Below, piece by piece: positions 27,143 through 37,500 of a DNA stretch of 50,064 bases; the stretch's first letter is position 1; each line of letters begins with the position of its first letter. Origin of the DNA: Thermoplasmataceae archaeon. GTDB taxonomy: Archaea > Thermoplasmatota > Thermoplasmata > Thermoplasmatales > Thermoplasmataceae. A model generated the notes under the pieces. It was not told the DNA's origin and did no database searches. It worked only from the letters and a program-made list of their open reading frames with translations. A program made the translations under genes and the position numbers. The DNA lies in contig JAVYSG010000001.1 of NCBI GenBank assembly GCA_038729325.1, forward strand, positions 1-50,064. Direction: 5' to 3'.

Positions 27143-28837
27143 ATGACTGTTGAGAAAGAATTTGATGCTCCGAGAAAAATTGAACATGTGATACACGCTC
27201 CACATGGGAGTGAACTCCATACCAGAGGCTGGGGGCAGGAGGCTGCCATGAGGCTTCTGATGAATAACCTCGACCCGGATGTGGCCATGGACCCTGACAA
27301 CCTGATAGTTTACGGAGGCAAGGGGAAAGCTGCCAGAAGCTGGGAAGCCTTCAATGAGATCATAAGCATGCTGAAGGAACTTTACAATGATGAGACACTC
27401 CTTATACAGTCCGGAAAACCTGTTGGTGCATTCAAGACCTCAAAATGGGCGCCCCGCGTTCTCATAGCAAACGCACAGATCGTCCCCCGGTGGGCTACAG
27501 ACGACGTATTCTGGGATCTGGAGCGCAGAGGCCTGACCATGTTCGGTCAGATGACCGCAGGAAGCTGGATTTATATTGGATCGCAGGGAGTTCTTCAGGG
27601 AACTTATGAAACACTGGCTGCCATTGCAAGGAAGGATTTTAATTCCAGAGATCTGCGTGGAAAGTGGTTTCTCACCGCTGGTCTTGGAGAAATGGGCGGG
27701 GCACAGCCTCTTGCAATAACCATGAACAATGGTGTTGGCATAGTTGTTGAGGTAAATCCTGAGAAGATCCACAGAAGAATTAAAGGAAAATATCTCGACA
27801 CATGGACGGACAGCCTTGAGGAGGCGCTGAAGATGAAGGATGAAGCAGTCCAGGCTGGAAAACCTCTTTCCATAGGACTTCTGGGGAATGCTGCTACAGT
27901 TTATTCTCAGCTCATGTCCATGAAGGTTGTGCCTGATGTGGTATCTGATCAGACAGCTGCCCATGACCTCAACCTTGGATACATTCCAGAAGGTTACACT
28001 GTTGAATCTGCTGCAGATTTCCGGGATCACGATCCTGATGGTTACCGCAGAGCAGTATATGCCTCCATTGTGAAAGAAACAGGCGCGATGCTATGGTTCA
28101 AGCAGAATGGATCAAAGGTGTTTGACTATGGCAACAATCTGAGGACTCGGGCCAGGGAAGGCGGACTGAAGAACGCATTCGACATACAGGGCTATGTTCC
28201 AGCCTACATAAGGGATCTGTTTGCCGTAGGCTCCGGCCCGTTCCGCTGGGTTGCCCTCTCCGGTGATCCTGAGGATATTTACAGGATTGATGAAGCCATA
28301 ATTGAAAATTTCAGTTATGACGAACATCTGGTAAACTGGATTAAACTTGCCCGGGAAAAGGTTAAATTTCAGGGACTGCCGGCAAGGATATGTTATGCCG
28401 GTTATGGAATGAGGGAGAAACTTGGCCTTATGATGAATGAAATGGTGCGCAAGAAGATCGTGTCTGCACCCATAGCCATAGGCAGAGACCATCATGACAC
28501 GGGATCTGTGGCATCACCATTCAGGGAAACAGAAGGTATGAAGGATGGAAGTGATGCAATTGCTGACTGGCCCATTTTGAATGCCCTGCTAAATGCATCT
28601 TCTGGGGCCACTTGGGTGTCCGTGCACCATGGTGGCGGAACAGGGATTGGCAATTCAATCCATGCCGGATTTGTCCTTGTGGTGGACGGTACTGCGGAAG
28701 CGGATGAGAAGGTTTCAAGAGTGCTGAATGCTGATCCCGGCATAGGCGTAATAAGGCATGCAGATGCCGGATATTCCAGTTCCAGGGATCTCATCAGGTC
28801 AGGGGTAAGGTTCAAGGTACCCCTGGATGAATATTAA
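27143..28837 (+). CDS. hutU: urocanate hydratase
   Basis: Urocanase motifs are present: [56 protein letters not shown] and HHGGGTGIG. Confidence 0.9.
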   Translation: MTVEKEFDAPRKIEHVIHAPHGSELHTRGWGQEAAMRLLMNNLDPDVAMDPDNLIVYGGKGKAARSWEAFNEIISMLKELYNDETLLIQSGKPVGAFKTSKWAPRVLIANAQIVPRWATDDVFWDLERRGLTMFGQMTAGSWIYIGSQGVLQGTYETLAAIARKDFNSRDLRGKWFLTAGLGEMGGAQPLAITMNNGVGIVVEVNPEKIHRRIKGKYLDTWTDSLEEALKMKDEAVQAGKPLSIGLLGNAATVYSQLMSMKVVPDVVSDQTAAHDLNLGYIPEGYTVESAADFRDHDPDGYRRAVYASIVKETGAMLWFKQNGSKVFDYGNNLRTRAREGGLKNAFDIQGYVPAYIRDLFAVGSGPFRWVALSGDPEDIYRIDEAIIENFSYDEHLVNWIKLAREKVKFQGLPARICYAGYGMREKLGLMMNEMVRKKIVSAPIAIGRDHHDTGSVASPFRETEGMKDGSDAIADWPILNALLNASSGATWVSVHHGGGTGIGNSIHAGFVLVVDGTAEADEKVSRVLNADPGIGVIRHADAGYSSSRDLIRSGVRFKVPLDEY

Positions 28838-29046
28838 ATCTCCAACCCCCTTATTCTTCATGGAATCCAGAAAATTGTTCTGCGGGTTTAATCTGATTGT
28901 CGTATATCCTGGACGGAAATCCCATTTCATATTTGGAAAGAGAAAATTTCATTGAATGACCGGCAAAACCACAACGCAGCTCCGGATTTTTATGGATCAA
29001 TGGGAGTTTGGAGCGGAAATAAAATTTATTATTGTGGAATATATAA

Positions 29047-29355
29047 TTATCCTTTCCATATGCCTATACCGAAACCTATCACAAAGAGAACTATGGAGAA
29101 TGTAACACCGACTGTTCCGAAATTGAGCTGGTTGAAGAATGTTGAAAGGGATGAATATATCTGCGAAGTTGGAATGCTTGGAATGAATGTAAGCCCAAGA
29201 AATGAGGCCAGGATAAACGCCACTACTATAAGGACCACAGATATCAGGGCTTTTTTTATGGCAAGCCCGAACAGCAACCCATCTAAAAATCCCAGCAAAA
29301 TGGTTATATATATAGCATAAGGCTCCAGGCCGGCTGGATAGATTAGAGATGTCAT
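29047..29355 (-). CDS. hypothetical small membrane protein (about 3 TM)
   Basis: The 102-aa ORF is strongly hydrophobic with clear helix-length segments. I preferred it over the antisense plus-strand ORF 28952-29320. Confidence 0.45.
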   Translation of the reverse strand: MTSLIYPAGLEPYAIYITILLGFLDGLLFGLAIKKALISVVLIVVAFILASFLGLTFIPSIPTSQIYSSLSTFFNQLNFGTVGVTFSIVLFVIGFGIGIWKG

Positions 29356-29622
29356 AGAGATTAACCTGTCTGCCTTATCCCAAGTATTATATATAAATCT
29401 TGTCAGACATCTTAACTTTGTTCAAATGTCTGCTTCCTCATGTTTCATTGCAATTTTAGACCGGTTTATCGCTTATAGGGATGGGTTTCTGAGCCATTGC
29501 CAGCCCATGCAACCTGAATTGTACCCCACTGTGCCGCATTGAATTTCAGGAATTTTAAGATGATGAATCAGCTCAGCTTCAGTAATCCGTCCGGAAGCTT
29601 AGCTCCTTCACAGGTAAATCCA

Positions 29623-30816
29623 CTAGCCTGCGGCTTGTTCTGGTGCATGGGTATCAATTCTCCCGGCAATCAGCAGGAACGAAAGAATGAACGCAGCAGC
29701 AACAAGTGTGGATGTTATGACAACTCCGTAAACAGGAGAGGCAAGGAAGAAAACGCCGAAAAATGTTGGTATCAGAGCTACTCCCAGATTAGTGGCAACA
29801 CTGTACATGGATGTTGAGAATCCGGCCCTGGCAGGATCTTCCACATACCTTGTTGTCGACGTCATTGCCATGGACCAGAAGGCATTCCCGAAGAAACCGA
29901 ACATGAAGAAAGCTGCAAGCAATACATTGAAATTGGAGGTGAATGCAAGAAAGTATGTCAGAATTATTATTGAAACCAGTGATAATGCTGAAGAGATAAC
30001 CATTCCAGCACGTATCAGCCTGAACTTTTCAAAAAGCGGAGGCAGTAATATGGCTCCAAGGGCTGACCCCAGGAATGCCAGCCCCGACATTGCACCGCCA
30101 TAAGCCAGAGCAGTCCCTTCGCTTACGTTGTGATGTATCAGTGCTGTTGAAGCTATCCCGCCGAACATCACTGAGAATGCAGATATGATCAGACCTACAT
30201 ACCAGTTCTTGATCATTCCTGGCCTGAAAGCCCCACGGAGAGATTTGCCAGCATATTCCTCAGGATATGTTCTGGATCCCAAAGGCAGAACGGCAAGAGC
30301 AACGATTGCAAGCACGGCATCAAGCATGAAAATGCCGGGTATGCTGTCCTTAAACAGTGCAAACAGAGACGGAGTCAGTAGCGCACCAGCCGACATCCCC
30401 AGAAACAGTATTCCCACACTGACTCCAATAACTGTATTGGTTCTCTCCCGGTTTATGGACTGAGCCAGCGCTCCAACCGGACCCAGCGCCAGAGGATATG
30501 CTGATGCGGCAATGATCTGACCCAGGAAAAGCACTGCATAGTCAGGGGAGATCGACCTTATTATCAGACCGACAACCGACAGGGAAGCAGAAATTATGAG
30601 AGAAATCCTTACGGAATATTTAGCAGACAGATATCCTGAGAGAAGAGCAAAGGCCACCATTGCGTAGCCATAGAGCGATATGAGAAGCAATATTGATGCT
30701 GTATCCACAGCATAATGTGCAGAAAGATCCGGCAAAATCGGCGAAAGTGTGAACCATCCGAAACCTATGGTAAAATTCAGGAACCAGTAAGGGAGCAGGC
30801 TTACGTATCTGTTCAT
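29623..30816 (-). CDS. MFS transporter
   Basis: The 397-aa ORF has about 12 TM segments and MFS-like organisation. Confidence 0.7.
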   Translation of the reverse strand: MNRYVSLLPYWFLNFTIGFGWFTLSPILPDLSAHYAVDTASILLLISLYGYAMVAFALLSGYLSAKYSVRISLIISASLSVVGLIIRSISPDYAVLFLGQIIAASAYPLALGPVGALAQSINRERTNTVIGVSVGILFLGMSAGALLTPSLFALFKDSIPGIFMLDAVLAIVALAVLPLGSRTYPEEYAGKSLRGAFRPGMIKNWYVGLIISAFSVMFGGIASTALIHHNVSEGTALAYGGAMSGLAFLGSALGAILLPPLFEKFRLIRAGMVISSALSLVSIIILTYFLAFTSNFNVLLAAFFMFGFFGNAFWSMAMTSTTRYVEDPARAGFSTSMYSVATNLGVALIPTFFGVFFLASPVYGVVITSTLVAAAFILSFLLIAGRIDTHAPEQAAG

Positions 30817-30950
30817 CGCGTGATACTGATATGCACTGTGGATTTAATATTTCCCCAACATTCCTTCATTTTCCTCCCATCACAACGGTCCGTGCAGGTC
30901 TTTTATATCACTCGCCGCAAAGTTAATGTCCAATTTAATGCTATTAATCT

Positions 30951-32048
30951 ATGTCACTGAAAGCTGTTGTTATGGCGGGAGGCAAAGGAACACGACTGAG
31001 ACCCATAACTTACTCCATACCAAAGCCACTTGTGCCCATAGCTGGAAAACCATGCATAGGATATGTTCTTGATTCCTATTATGAGGCTGGAATTAAGGAT
31101 GCAATCATAACTGCAGGTTACAAATTCGAATCACTGATCAGGGGTGTGCTCCAGTTCAAGCAGTCTGATCAAAATATACTGTTTTCAGTGGAGAAAGAGG
31201 CCGCAGGAACAGCAGGCAGCATTAAGCTCATATCCAAATTCATTGATGATACATTTGTGATTGGAAGCGGGGACACGCTGATAGACTTCAACGTGGCAAA
31301 AATCGTGGAATTTCACAGGAAATCAAAGGCCAAAATAACCATTGTCCTTACAACAGTTGAAGATCCGTCACAGTTCGGGATAGTGGAGATGAAGGACAAC
31401 CTCATAACCAGATTCCTTGAAAAGCCAACTCCGGATCAGGCCTTTTCAAATCTCATTAATGCAGGCCTTTATATCATGGAACCGGAGATACTTGACTATA
31501 TCCCGGCTGGGCAACCATTTGATTTTGCAAAACAGCTCTTTCCACTGCTTCTGGGTGAGGGGGTGAAGATACATGGATATATAGGCGAAGGCACGTGGCT
31601 GGATACTGGAAGGCCCAATGACATGATAAGGGCAAATCAGCTGATGACAGAGAAATATGGAACCACCATGAACGGTGAGAAACTTTCCGGGAAGCTCATT
31701 ATAAATAGCTTCATGAAGGATCTGAGAGGAGCGGATATCCAGGGACCCACATACATAGGGTCGTCGGTCAGAATTGGCAAAGGCACGATCATAAGGAAAA
31801 GTGCAATATATGACAATGTTCAGGTTGGTGAGAACGTTCTCATAGAGGATTCCATCCTTATGGACAACGTTAAGGTCAATGACGGATCAAAGCTTGTGAA
31901 ATCCGTAATAATGAAGGGCACTTCAATTGATAAATCATGCGAGGTGCACGAAAGCGTCCTGGCCCCTCAGCTTAAACTTCAGAGTAATTCCAGGGTATAT
32001 AACGTGTCCCTCTCTTCTGACGTTATTGAGGAGGAAAACTCTTCCTGA
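30951..32048 (+). CDS. sugar-1-phosphate nucleotidyltransferase with C-terminal left-handed beta-helix domain
   Basis: The N-terminus is VVMAGGKGTRLRPITYSIPKPLVPIAGKP. The C-terminal part has hexapeptide-like repeats (IGKGTII..., VQVGENVLIEDSIL..., VKVNDGSKL...). Confidence 0.75.
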   Translation: MSLKAVVMAGGKGTRLRPITYSIPKPLVPIAGKPCIGYVLDSYYEAGIKDAIITAGYKFESLIRGVLQFKQSDQNILFSVEKEAAGTAGSIKLISKFIDDTFVIGSGDTLIDFNVAKIVEFHRKSKAKITIVLTTVEDPSQFGIVEMKDNLITRFLEKPTPDQAFSNLINAGLYIMEPEILDYIPAGQPFDFAKQLFPLLLGEGVKIHGYIGEGTWLDTGRPNDMIRANQLMTEKYGTTMNGEKLSGKLIINSFMKDLRGADIQGPTYIGSSVRIGKGTIIRKSAIYDNVQVGENVLIEDSILMDNVKVNDGSKLVKSVIMKGTSIDKSCEVHESVLAPQLKLQSNSRVYNVSLSSDVIEEENSS

Positions 32049-32069
32049 TCCGGTAATAAATTTTCAGGA

Positions 32070-32966
32070 TTAGAGGAACCCTGCTTTCTGTAGAATGAGC
32101 AGGTCTTCAGTTGTGAGCTGCTCGCCATTCTTGAACTTTTCAAAGAGCTCTGTTGCCCTGCTCTGCAGTTCTCCTTCCTTTTCCTTCTTCTTTGTAGCCC
32201 TCGTTTTTGTGCGAAGGCTTGAAATGACCTTTTCAAGATCCCTGAGATCGTTCTTGGCCTGTATAAATGCTTCATGCTCTTTGGTTGATTCCTGGCTGAA
32301 CTTGATAAAAAGCTCGTGATACTCATCTGCTTTCTTTCTGGTTTCATCCAGATCCTGAAGGTCACTGTTGATTTCCTCGCTCAGTTTCGTAATTCTGGCA
32401 GAAATTTCATCAATCTGAACTTTCAAAGCTTCCCCGGCTTTCCTCTCGGCAGTTATTTTCTGATTCAGATCCCTTACTGAATCATTATTCTCGAGTTCTT
32501 TTTCCCTGATCTGCCTTATCTGTTTGATTTCATTTGTGAGCTTTCTGATTTCGTGGACAACTTTCTTCTCCTCGTCCTTACCCAGCTCGGTTGTCTGCTG
32601 CTTAATCTCAAGGCGCTGCAGCTCTTTCTCCTTCATCCTGAGGCTCTGTTTGTCAACGCCCTCAACATTTGTTTCCTGCCTGACCTTTCTATAATCTTTC
32701 CTCAGTTCAGAGAGATTGGCATAATGTTCTTCTTTTTCTGCGCGCAGCTTCTGGACCTGTTCTATGAGATCATTCTTCTCAGCTATTTTCTTCTTAACTT
32801 CGTCACGCATTTCGTGAACCTTATTGTTAAGAATATCTCTCTCTTCAGCATATCTGTGGCTTTCGGCAGCAGCCTCATCTCTTTTCTTGATGTGCTCTTC
32901 CACTATTTGCCGAATAACCTCCCTTTTTCCTTCAAATTCATCGAGAAGCTCACTCATATGGACCAA
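32070..32966 (-). CDS. archaeal coiled-coil protein (COG1340-like), function unknown
   Basis: The 298-aa ORF is extremely rich in E, K, R, L and Q with heptad character throughout and has no TM segments. Confidence 0.55.
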   Translation of the reverse strand: MVHMSELLDEFEGKREVIRQIVEEHIKKRDEAAAESHRYAEERDILNNKVHEMRDEVKKKIAEKNDLIEQVQKLRAEKEEHYANLSELRKDYRKVRQETNVEGVDKQSLRMKEKELQRLEIKQQTTELGKDEEKKVVHEIRKLTNEIKQIRQIREKELENNDSVRDLNQKITAERKAGEALKVQIDEISARITKLSEEINSDLQDLDETRKKADEYHELFIKFSQESTKEHEAFIQAKNDLRDLEKVISSLRTKTRATKKKEKEGELQSRATELFEKFKNGEQLTTEDLLILQKAGFL

Positions 32967-33188
32967 TCAGCGTAGAAGCTTACTGTGAATGCCAGCACCC
33001 AATAAATAACTTTCGTAAAAATTTTCCTGAAATACGCTTTTTAATTAATTGATTATGTGCACCTGTAGTTGCAGAAAATGCCTTGTTGAACTGTTAATCT
33101 GGACGGCTGATTCGACCTGCTTGTCCTGAATGAATGTGGCATGTATGAATCTTGCGGGAGTTTTATACAACGTTGCAATTTAACCTGC

Positions 33189-34622
33189 ATGGTTAAAAGG
33201 CCGCGTATCCTGCAGGTGGTTGGGACCTCTTCCAGCTCCGGTAAAAGCACCGTTGCTATGGCTCTTTGCAGGTACTTTTCTGATCTGGGGTACAAGGTGA
33301 GCCCATTCAAGTCTGTGAACATGTCACTTAATTCAATATCAATTGAGGGAGGATTCGAAATATCAAGATCACAATGGCTTCAGGCCAGGGCTGCCAGAGC
33401 AGAGCCTGAAAAAGAGATGAATCCAATCCTGCTCAAGCCTGAGGGAGGGGGCAGGTCTCAGGTGATTGTGCTCGGAAAGAGTATGGGAACCATGGATCAG
33501 GAAAGTTATGCCAGGTTCCTTTCATCGGATGGAAAATGTATTGTGAAACGCTCCCTTGAATATCTCGCAGGAAAATTCGATATCGTAATTGCTGAAGGGG
33601 CAGGATCTCCCGCTGAAATCAATATTTTTGACAGGGATCTGGCAAACATGTTCGTGTCAGAAATCCATGAAACACCTGCACTTCTTGTGGCAGATATTGA
33701 AAAAGGTGGCGTTTTTGCCTCAATATACGGTACGGTGAAATTGATGCAGAGACCGGATCTCCTGAAGTGGATCGTTATAAACAAAATGAGGGGCGCATCT
33801 GAACTGCTGAAAAGTGGGATTGAAGATATTGAAAGAATGACCGGGAAGAAGATCATAGGTGTTATACCATTTACCCCCTTCCGGCTCCCTGGCGAGGATT
33901 CACTCGATTATGACGGCTCTGGATCATCAGGAGGCAGGATCTGCGTTATCCGCTATCCGCAGATGGAAAACTACAGCGACGTTGATCCTCTGATAACTTC
34001 CGGTGTCGGATTCTCGTACATAACGTCACCTGATCAGTATAGGTCGGCAGGTTGCAGAGCCCTTCTGCTGCCAGGGTCCAAAAATGTCCAGAGTGACCTG
34101 GATTTCCTGTTTCGAACCGGACTTGCCGACACAATACGCCAGCATGCGCAGGATAAGAAAAATATACTGGGTATCTGCGGTGGATTCCAGATGCTTGGAA
34201 ACCATATTGAGGATCCAGCGGGGATACAGATTTCCGGGAAATCCTTAATGGGTCTCGGACTTCTGGACACAGATACGGTGTATGAGAGAGAGAAAACTGT
34301 GAGAACCGTGCTGTATGGCCCTTATGACAGCAGTAAAGATGAGATTATGAGAAAGGGATACGAAATTCATTATGGAACTGTTACCAGTGGATCAAGACCA
34401 CTTCTCCGGACAGATCATGGACCCGAGGGTGCAGTGTCTGAATCTGGAAATGTGATGGGGACAAACGTTCATGGCGTCCTTGAACACAATTATATCCTAT
34501 CTTTACTGTCAGGCTTATCCATAAAGATGAATTATGAAAGCGAAATGGAAAAAAATATAGATTTATTTACCAAAGCTTTTATTGAGAGCGTCGATCTTGA
34601 GATAATAAAGAGATCGTTATAA
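33189..34622 (+). CDS. cobQ: cobyric acid synthase
   Basis: It has an N-terminal P-loop VVGTSSSSGKS, the motif EGAGSPAEIN and a C-terminal glutamine amidotransferase domain with GICGGFQMLG. I chose the ATG at 33189 (MVKRPRILQVVG). Confidence 0.85.
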   Translation: MVKRPRILQVVGTSSSSGKSTVAMALCRYFSDLGYKVSPFKSVNMSLNSISIEGGFEISRSQWLQARAARAEPEKEMNPILLKPEGGGRSQVIVLGKSMGTMDQESYARFLSSDGKCIVKRSLEYLAGKFDIVIAEGAGSPAEINIFDRDLANMFVSEIHETPALLVADIEKGGVFASIYGTVKLMQRPDLLKWIVINKMRGASELLKSGIEDIERMTGKKIIGVIPFTPFRLPGEDSLDYDGSGSSGGRICVIRYPQMENYSDVDPLITSGVGFSYITSPDQYRSAGCRALLLPGSKNVQSDLDFLFRTGLADTIRQHAQDKKNILGICGGFQMLGNHIEDPAGIQISGKSLMGLGLLDTDTVYEREKTVRTVLYGPYDSSKDEIMRKGYEIHYGTVTSGSRPLLRTDHGPEGAVSESGNVMGTNVHGVLEHNYILSLLSGLSIKMNYESEMEKNIDLFTKAFIESVDLEIIKRSL

Positions 34623-35575
34623 TGAATCCTGCATCCCTTGAAATCACCATCACTGTCCTTATCGGGGCAGTGGTGCTTGACTTCGTTTTCGGAGACCCAA
34701 GGAGATATCTCAATCCCGTAACGCTCATCCGAAGGGTTTCTACTTTCTTTGAGGCATTTTTCAGGACCTACAGCCACCGCATAGCTGCGGGGGCACTTTT
34801 CACAATTTTCATATCTGCACTTTTTGCAATACCGTTTACTGGTTTGCTAATCCTTATTTCAAGAGTGCTGATCATTCAGGCAATCGTTGGCATAATACTG
34901 TTTAAGGGACTTTTTTCTGTAACCAGCCTGAGTGACAGGGTAAATCCCATAATAACTTCGCTTGAAAGTGGTGCGGTGGAAGATGCCGCGGTTTACGCAT
35001 CTCACATTGTTAAGAGGGACCTTACAGGCCAGGATTCACCACACATAGCCTCTGCGGTCATTGAAACCATATCCAACACCTTACTTAATGAGGTTGTATC
35101 TCCCCTGTTTTATTTTTCTGTCCTCGGGATAATAGGATCACTGGTAGCCAGAGTCGTTGATATCCTTGACGGCATGGTGGGACAGAAAAACCGCAGAAAC
35201 TTCTATTTTGGCCACTGGCCGGCTGTGTTCCACACGATGCTGAATTATATTCCCGCACGTATATCGGCATTTCTCGTGCTTCTGGGTTCAGAGTTCCTTA
35301 ACTACAGGGTGAGCAATGTACCATTCAAGGCCATGAGACTTGCCACTGACAGCCCGGGTGAGGGATGGGTCATAGGTGCCATGGCGGCATCGCTTAACCT
35401 GAGGATGGAGAGGGTTGGACATTACGTTATGAACGAAACCGGATTCGACCCATCCGTTGGTGACATAAGGAGGGCAATGCGTGTCTATTATGTGTCGTTC
35501 TACGTTATGCTGATTCTGGTTGCCATTCCCATAATACTCTTGCTCTATTTTGGCGGGTTCTACCCCTTAAACTGA
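34622..35575 (+). CDS. cbiB: adenosylcobinamide-phosphate synthase (CbiB/CobD)
   Basis: It is a membrane protein with CbiB-like motifs (DFVFGDP...P, ...SPG.GW...AASL.L...). The start overlaps the cobQ stop as TAATG. Confidence 0.8.
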   Translation: MNPASLEITITVLIGAVVLDFVFGDPRRYLNPVTLIRRVSTFFEAFFRTYSHRIAAGALFTIFISALFAIPFTGLLILISRVLIIQAIVGIILFKGLFSVTSLSDRVNPIITSLESGAVEDAAVYASHIVKRDLTGQDSPHIASAVIETISNTLLNEVVSPLFYFSVLGIIGSLVARVVDILDGMVGQKNRRNFYFGHWPAVFHTMLNYIPARISAFLVLLGSEFLNYRVSNVPFKAMRLATDSPGEGWVIGAMAASLNLRMERVGHYVMNETGFDPSVGDIRRAMRVYYVSFYVMLILVAIPIILLLYFGGFYPLN

Positions 35576-36205
35576 TGAATTGATCTCGCTGTTGAAAATT
35601 TCTACCTGTTTTTCCGGATCATTTGAGGCATATACCGATCTTCCCACTATGACGAGATCAGCACCCGCACGGACCGCATCGCCCGCTTTTCCACCCTGTG
35701 CCCCTACACCTGGTGTCATTATAATCTTTTCCGGAGCCATTTTTCTTATCCTTGAGATTTCTTCAGGATTGTTGCCGGGCGCTATAAAACCAGCCGCACC
35801 AGCGCGAACTGACATTTCTATAAGTCTGTCAGTATTGGGGTTTATGAATTCCGCTGACCCCGGATGACTCATTGAAACCACTGAAAAAACACTCATGTCA
35901 CCTGCGTGTTCAATCACAGCGCGAAGAGAGTCATATCCTGTGAATGAATGCGAAATAATTCCCCATGCCCCCATTTCAAGTGCTTTCTCAGTGATGAGGG
36001 AATTTGTGTTTGGTATGTCCGCCACCTTGAAGTCGCATATGACTCTTGAATAGCGTGACACTTCCCTGATAATTCTGGAACCTGACACCAATATTGCAGG
36101 CCAGTTAAGTTTTATTGCAAAGACCTGAGACCCGATTTTAGCCGCAATTCCGAGCAGATCATCCTCCTTCATGAGATCCAGTGCGACAACAAGTTTTGAT
36201 TCCAA
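35567..36205 (-). CDS. pyrF: orotidine 5'-phosphate decarboxylase
   Basis: It has LVVALDL, DFKVADIPNT and GVGAQGG...IVGRS. Confidence 0.85.
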   Translation of the reverse strand: MESKLVVALDLMKEDDLLGIAAKIGSQVFAIKLNWPAILVSGSRIIREVSRYSRVICDFKVADIPNTNSLITEKALEMGAWGIISHSFTGYDSLRAVIEHAGDMSVFSVVSMSHPGSAEFINPNTDRLIEMSVRAGAAGFIAPGNNPEEISRIRKMAPEKIIMTPGVGAQGGKAGDAVRAGADLVIVGRSVYASNDPEKQVEIFNSEINSSV

Positions 36206-36269
36206 TTATACCCAGAAGAAATGCGCACGTATGGTAAAAATAATTTCATGGGCATGCCGGTTACCGGCA

Positions 36270-37412
36270 TCACACCATGTCAATTCCGGAATCTTCGCTA
36301 ATGTCCCCAAGAAGTTTCCTTATGTTTCTTGCCTCGTTTGAACCGGATATCATGTACGGGGATTTTACTCCTGTAAGCAGAACAAGTACACGGATTTTGT
36401 CTCCCATATCAGGATCCACATTAGCTCCCCATATGATTCTGGCGTCTCTGTTTATGCGTTTCTGTATCTCGGCCATTGCGTTCTCTGCTTCACTTACAGT
36501 CATATCTGGACCTCCTATGACCCTGATAAGGCAGTTTTTTGCCTCAGATATGTCTGCTTCGACCAGTGGCGAGGTGATTGCATCATTTACGGCTGACATT
36601 ACTCTGTTTGTTCCCCCTGCGGCTTCCCCGATTCCAATCATGGCAACACCACCATCCTTCATTATTGTCCTTATATCAGCATAATCGAGATTTATCAGGC
36701 CCGTCTTTGTTATGAGTTCGGTGATGCCCTTCATGGCTTCAGATAGAACTGAATCTGCATATTCAAAAGCCTCGGTAATGGGCTTTTTCGGAACCTCCTT
36801 CAGAAGCTTGTCGTTTGGGATGGCGATTACTGTGTCTGAATACTGTGAAATCTTCTCCAGACCTGCTGCTGCATTCTCCATTCTGATTCTTCCCTCCGCC
36901 GTGAACGGCAGAGTAACTATGGAGATCACGAGTGAGCCGGCATCCTTTGCGCTTTTCGCAACAATCGGGGCAGATCCTGTTCCGGTTCCGCCTCCAAGGC
37001 CGCAGGTGACGAATGCGATATCAGTCCTCTGTACCAGTTTCTGAATGGAGGGGAGATCCTCCATTGCAGCTTCCTCACCAATCTGCGGTATTGCACCTGT
37101 TCCAAGGCCCCTCGTTCTCTTCTTTCCGATGAGCATCTTGTATCTTGTCCTTATTGTTGAAAGATGGCTTGCATCTGTATTGACGGCCACCAGATCTGCT
37201 CCCGCAATACCTTCTCCTGCTAGCCGGTTTATTGTGTTGGAACCCCCACCTCCACAGCCGATTATCTTTATTCTGACTCTAAGCCTGTTGGCTATCTCGG
37301 CTATCTCACGGTCTTCCGGTGTTAGAAATTCTTCATCCTGGGACTGCACGTGCTTTTCTGCCTCCACGTTATCCATGGCGGATTTAAACAAAAGATCAAC
37401 TATGTCGCCCAT
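36270..37412 (-). CDS. ftsZ: cell division protein FtsZ
   Basis: It has the tubulin signature GGGTGTGSAPIVA, the N-terminal motif IGCGGGGSNTINR and the motif NLDYADI. Confidence 0.95.
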   Translation of the reverse strand: MGDIVDLLFKSAMDNVEAEKHVQSQDEEFLTPEDREIAEIANRLRVRIKIIGCGGGGSNTINRLAGEGIAGADLVAVNTDASHLSTIRTRYKMLIGKKRTRGLGTGAIPQIGEEAAMEDLPSIQKLVQRTDIAFVTCGLGGGTGTGSAPIVAKSAKDAGSLVISIVTLPFTAEGRIRMENAAAGLEKISQYSDTVIAIPNDKLLKEVPKKPITEAFEYADSVLSEAMKGITELITKTGLINLDYADIRTIMKDGGVAMIGIGEAAGGTNRVMSAVNDAITSPLVEADISEAKNCLIRVIGGPDMTVSEAENAMAEIQKRINRDARIIWGANVDPDMGDKIRVLVLLTGVKSPYMISGSNEARNIRKLLGDISEDSGIDMV

Positions 37413-37500
37413 ATGTCTGATAAGATAATAAAATGAATATATAATTTTTGTGCATAGTTAACCTACAAAAATCTGCACCTATAAGATCATATATCTGTCA

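Noticed and set aside
27440-28030. A 196-aa minus-strand ORF lies inside hutU.
   Set aside because: It is a shadow ORF. HutU is full length and conserved on the plus strand.
28952-29320. A 122-aa plus-strand ORF lies opposite the small membrane protein gene.
   Set aside because: The minus-strand ORF gives clean TM helices. The plus-strand product has no coherent features and uses a non-ATG start.
36277-37428. Three consecutive plus-strand ORFs (135, 110 and 127 aa) cover almost the whole antisense strand of ftsZ.
   Set aside because: FtsZ on the minus strand is unambiguous (GGGTGTGSAPIVA). The antisense translations are low-complexity and rich in Ser, Pro and Ala, which is typical of shadow ORFs opposite a strongly biased coding frame.
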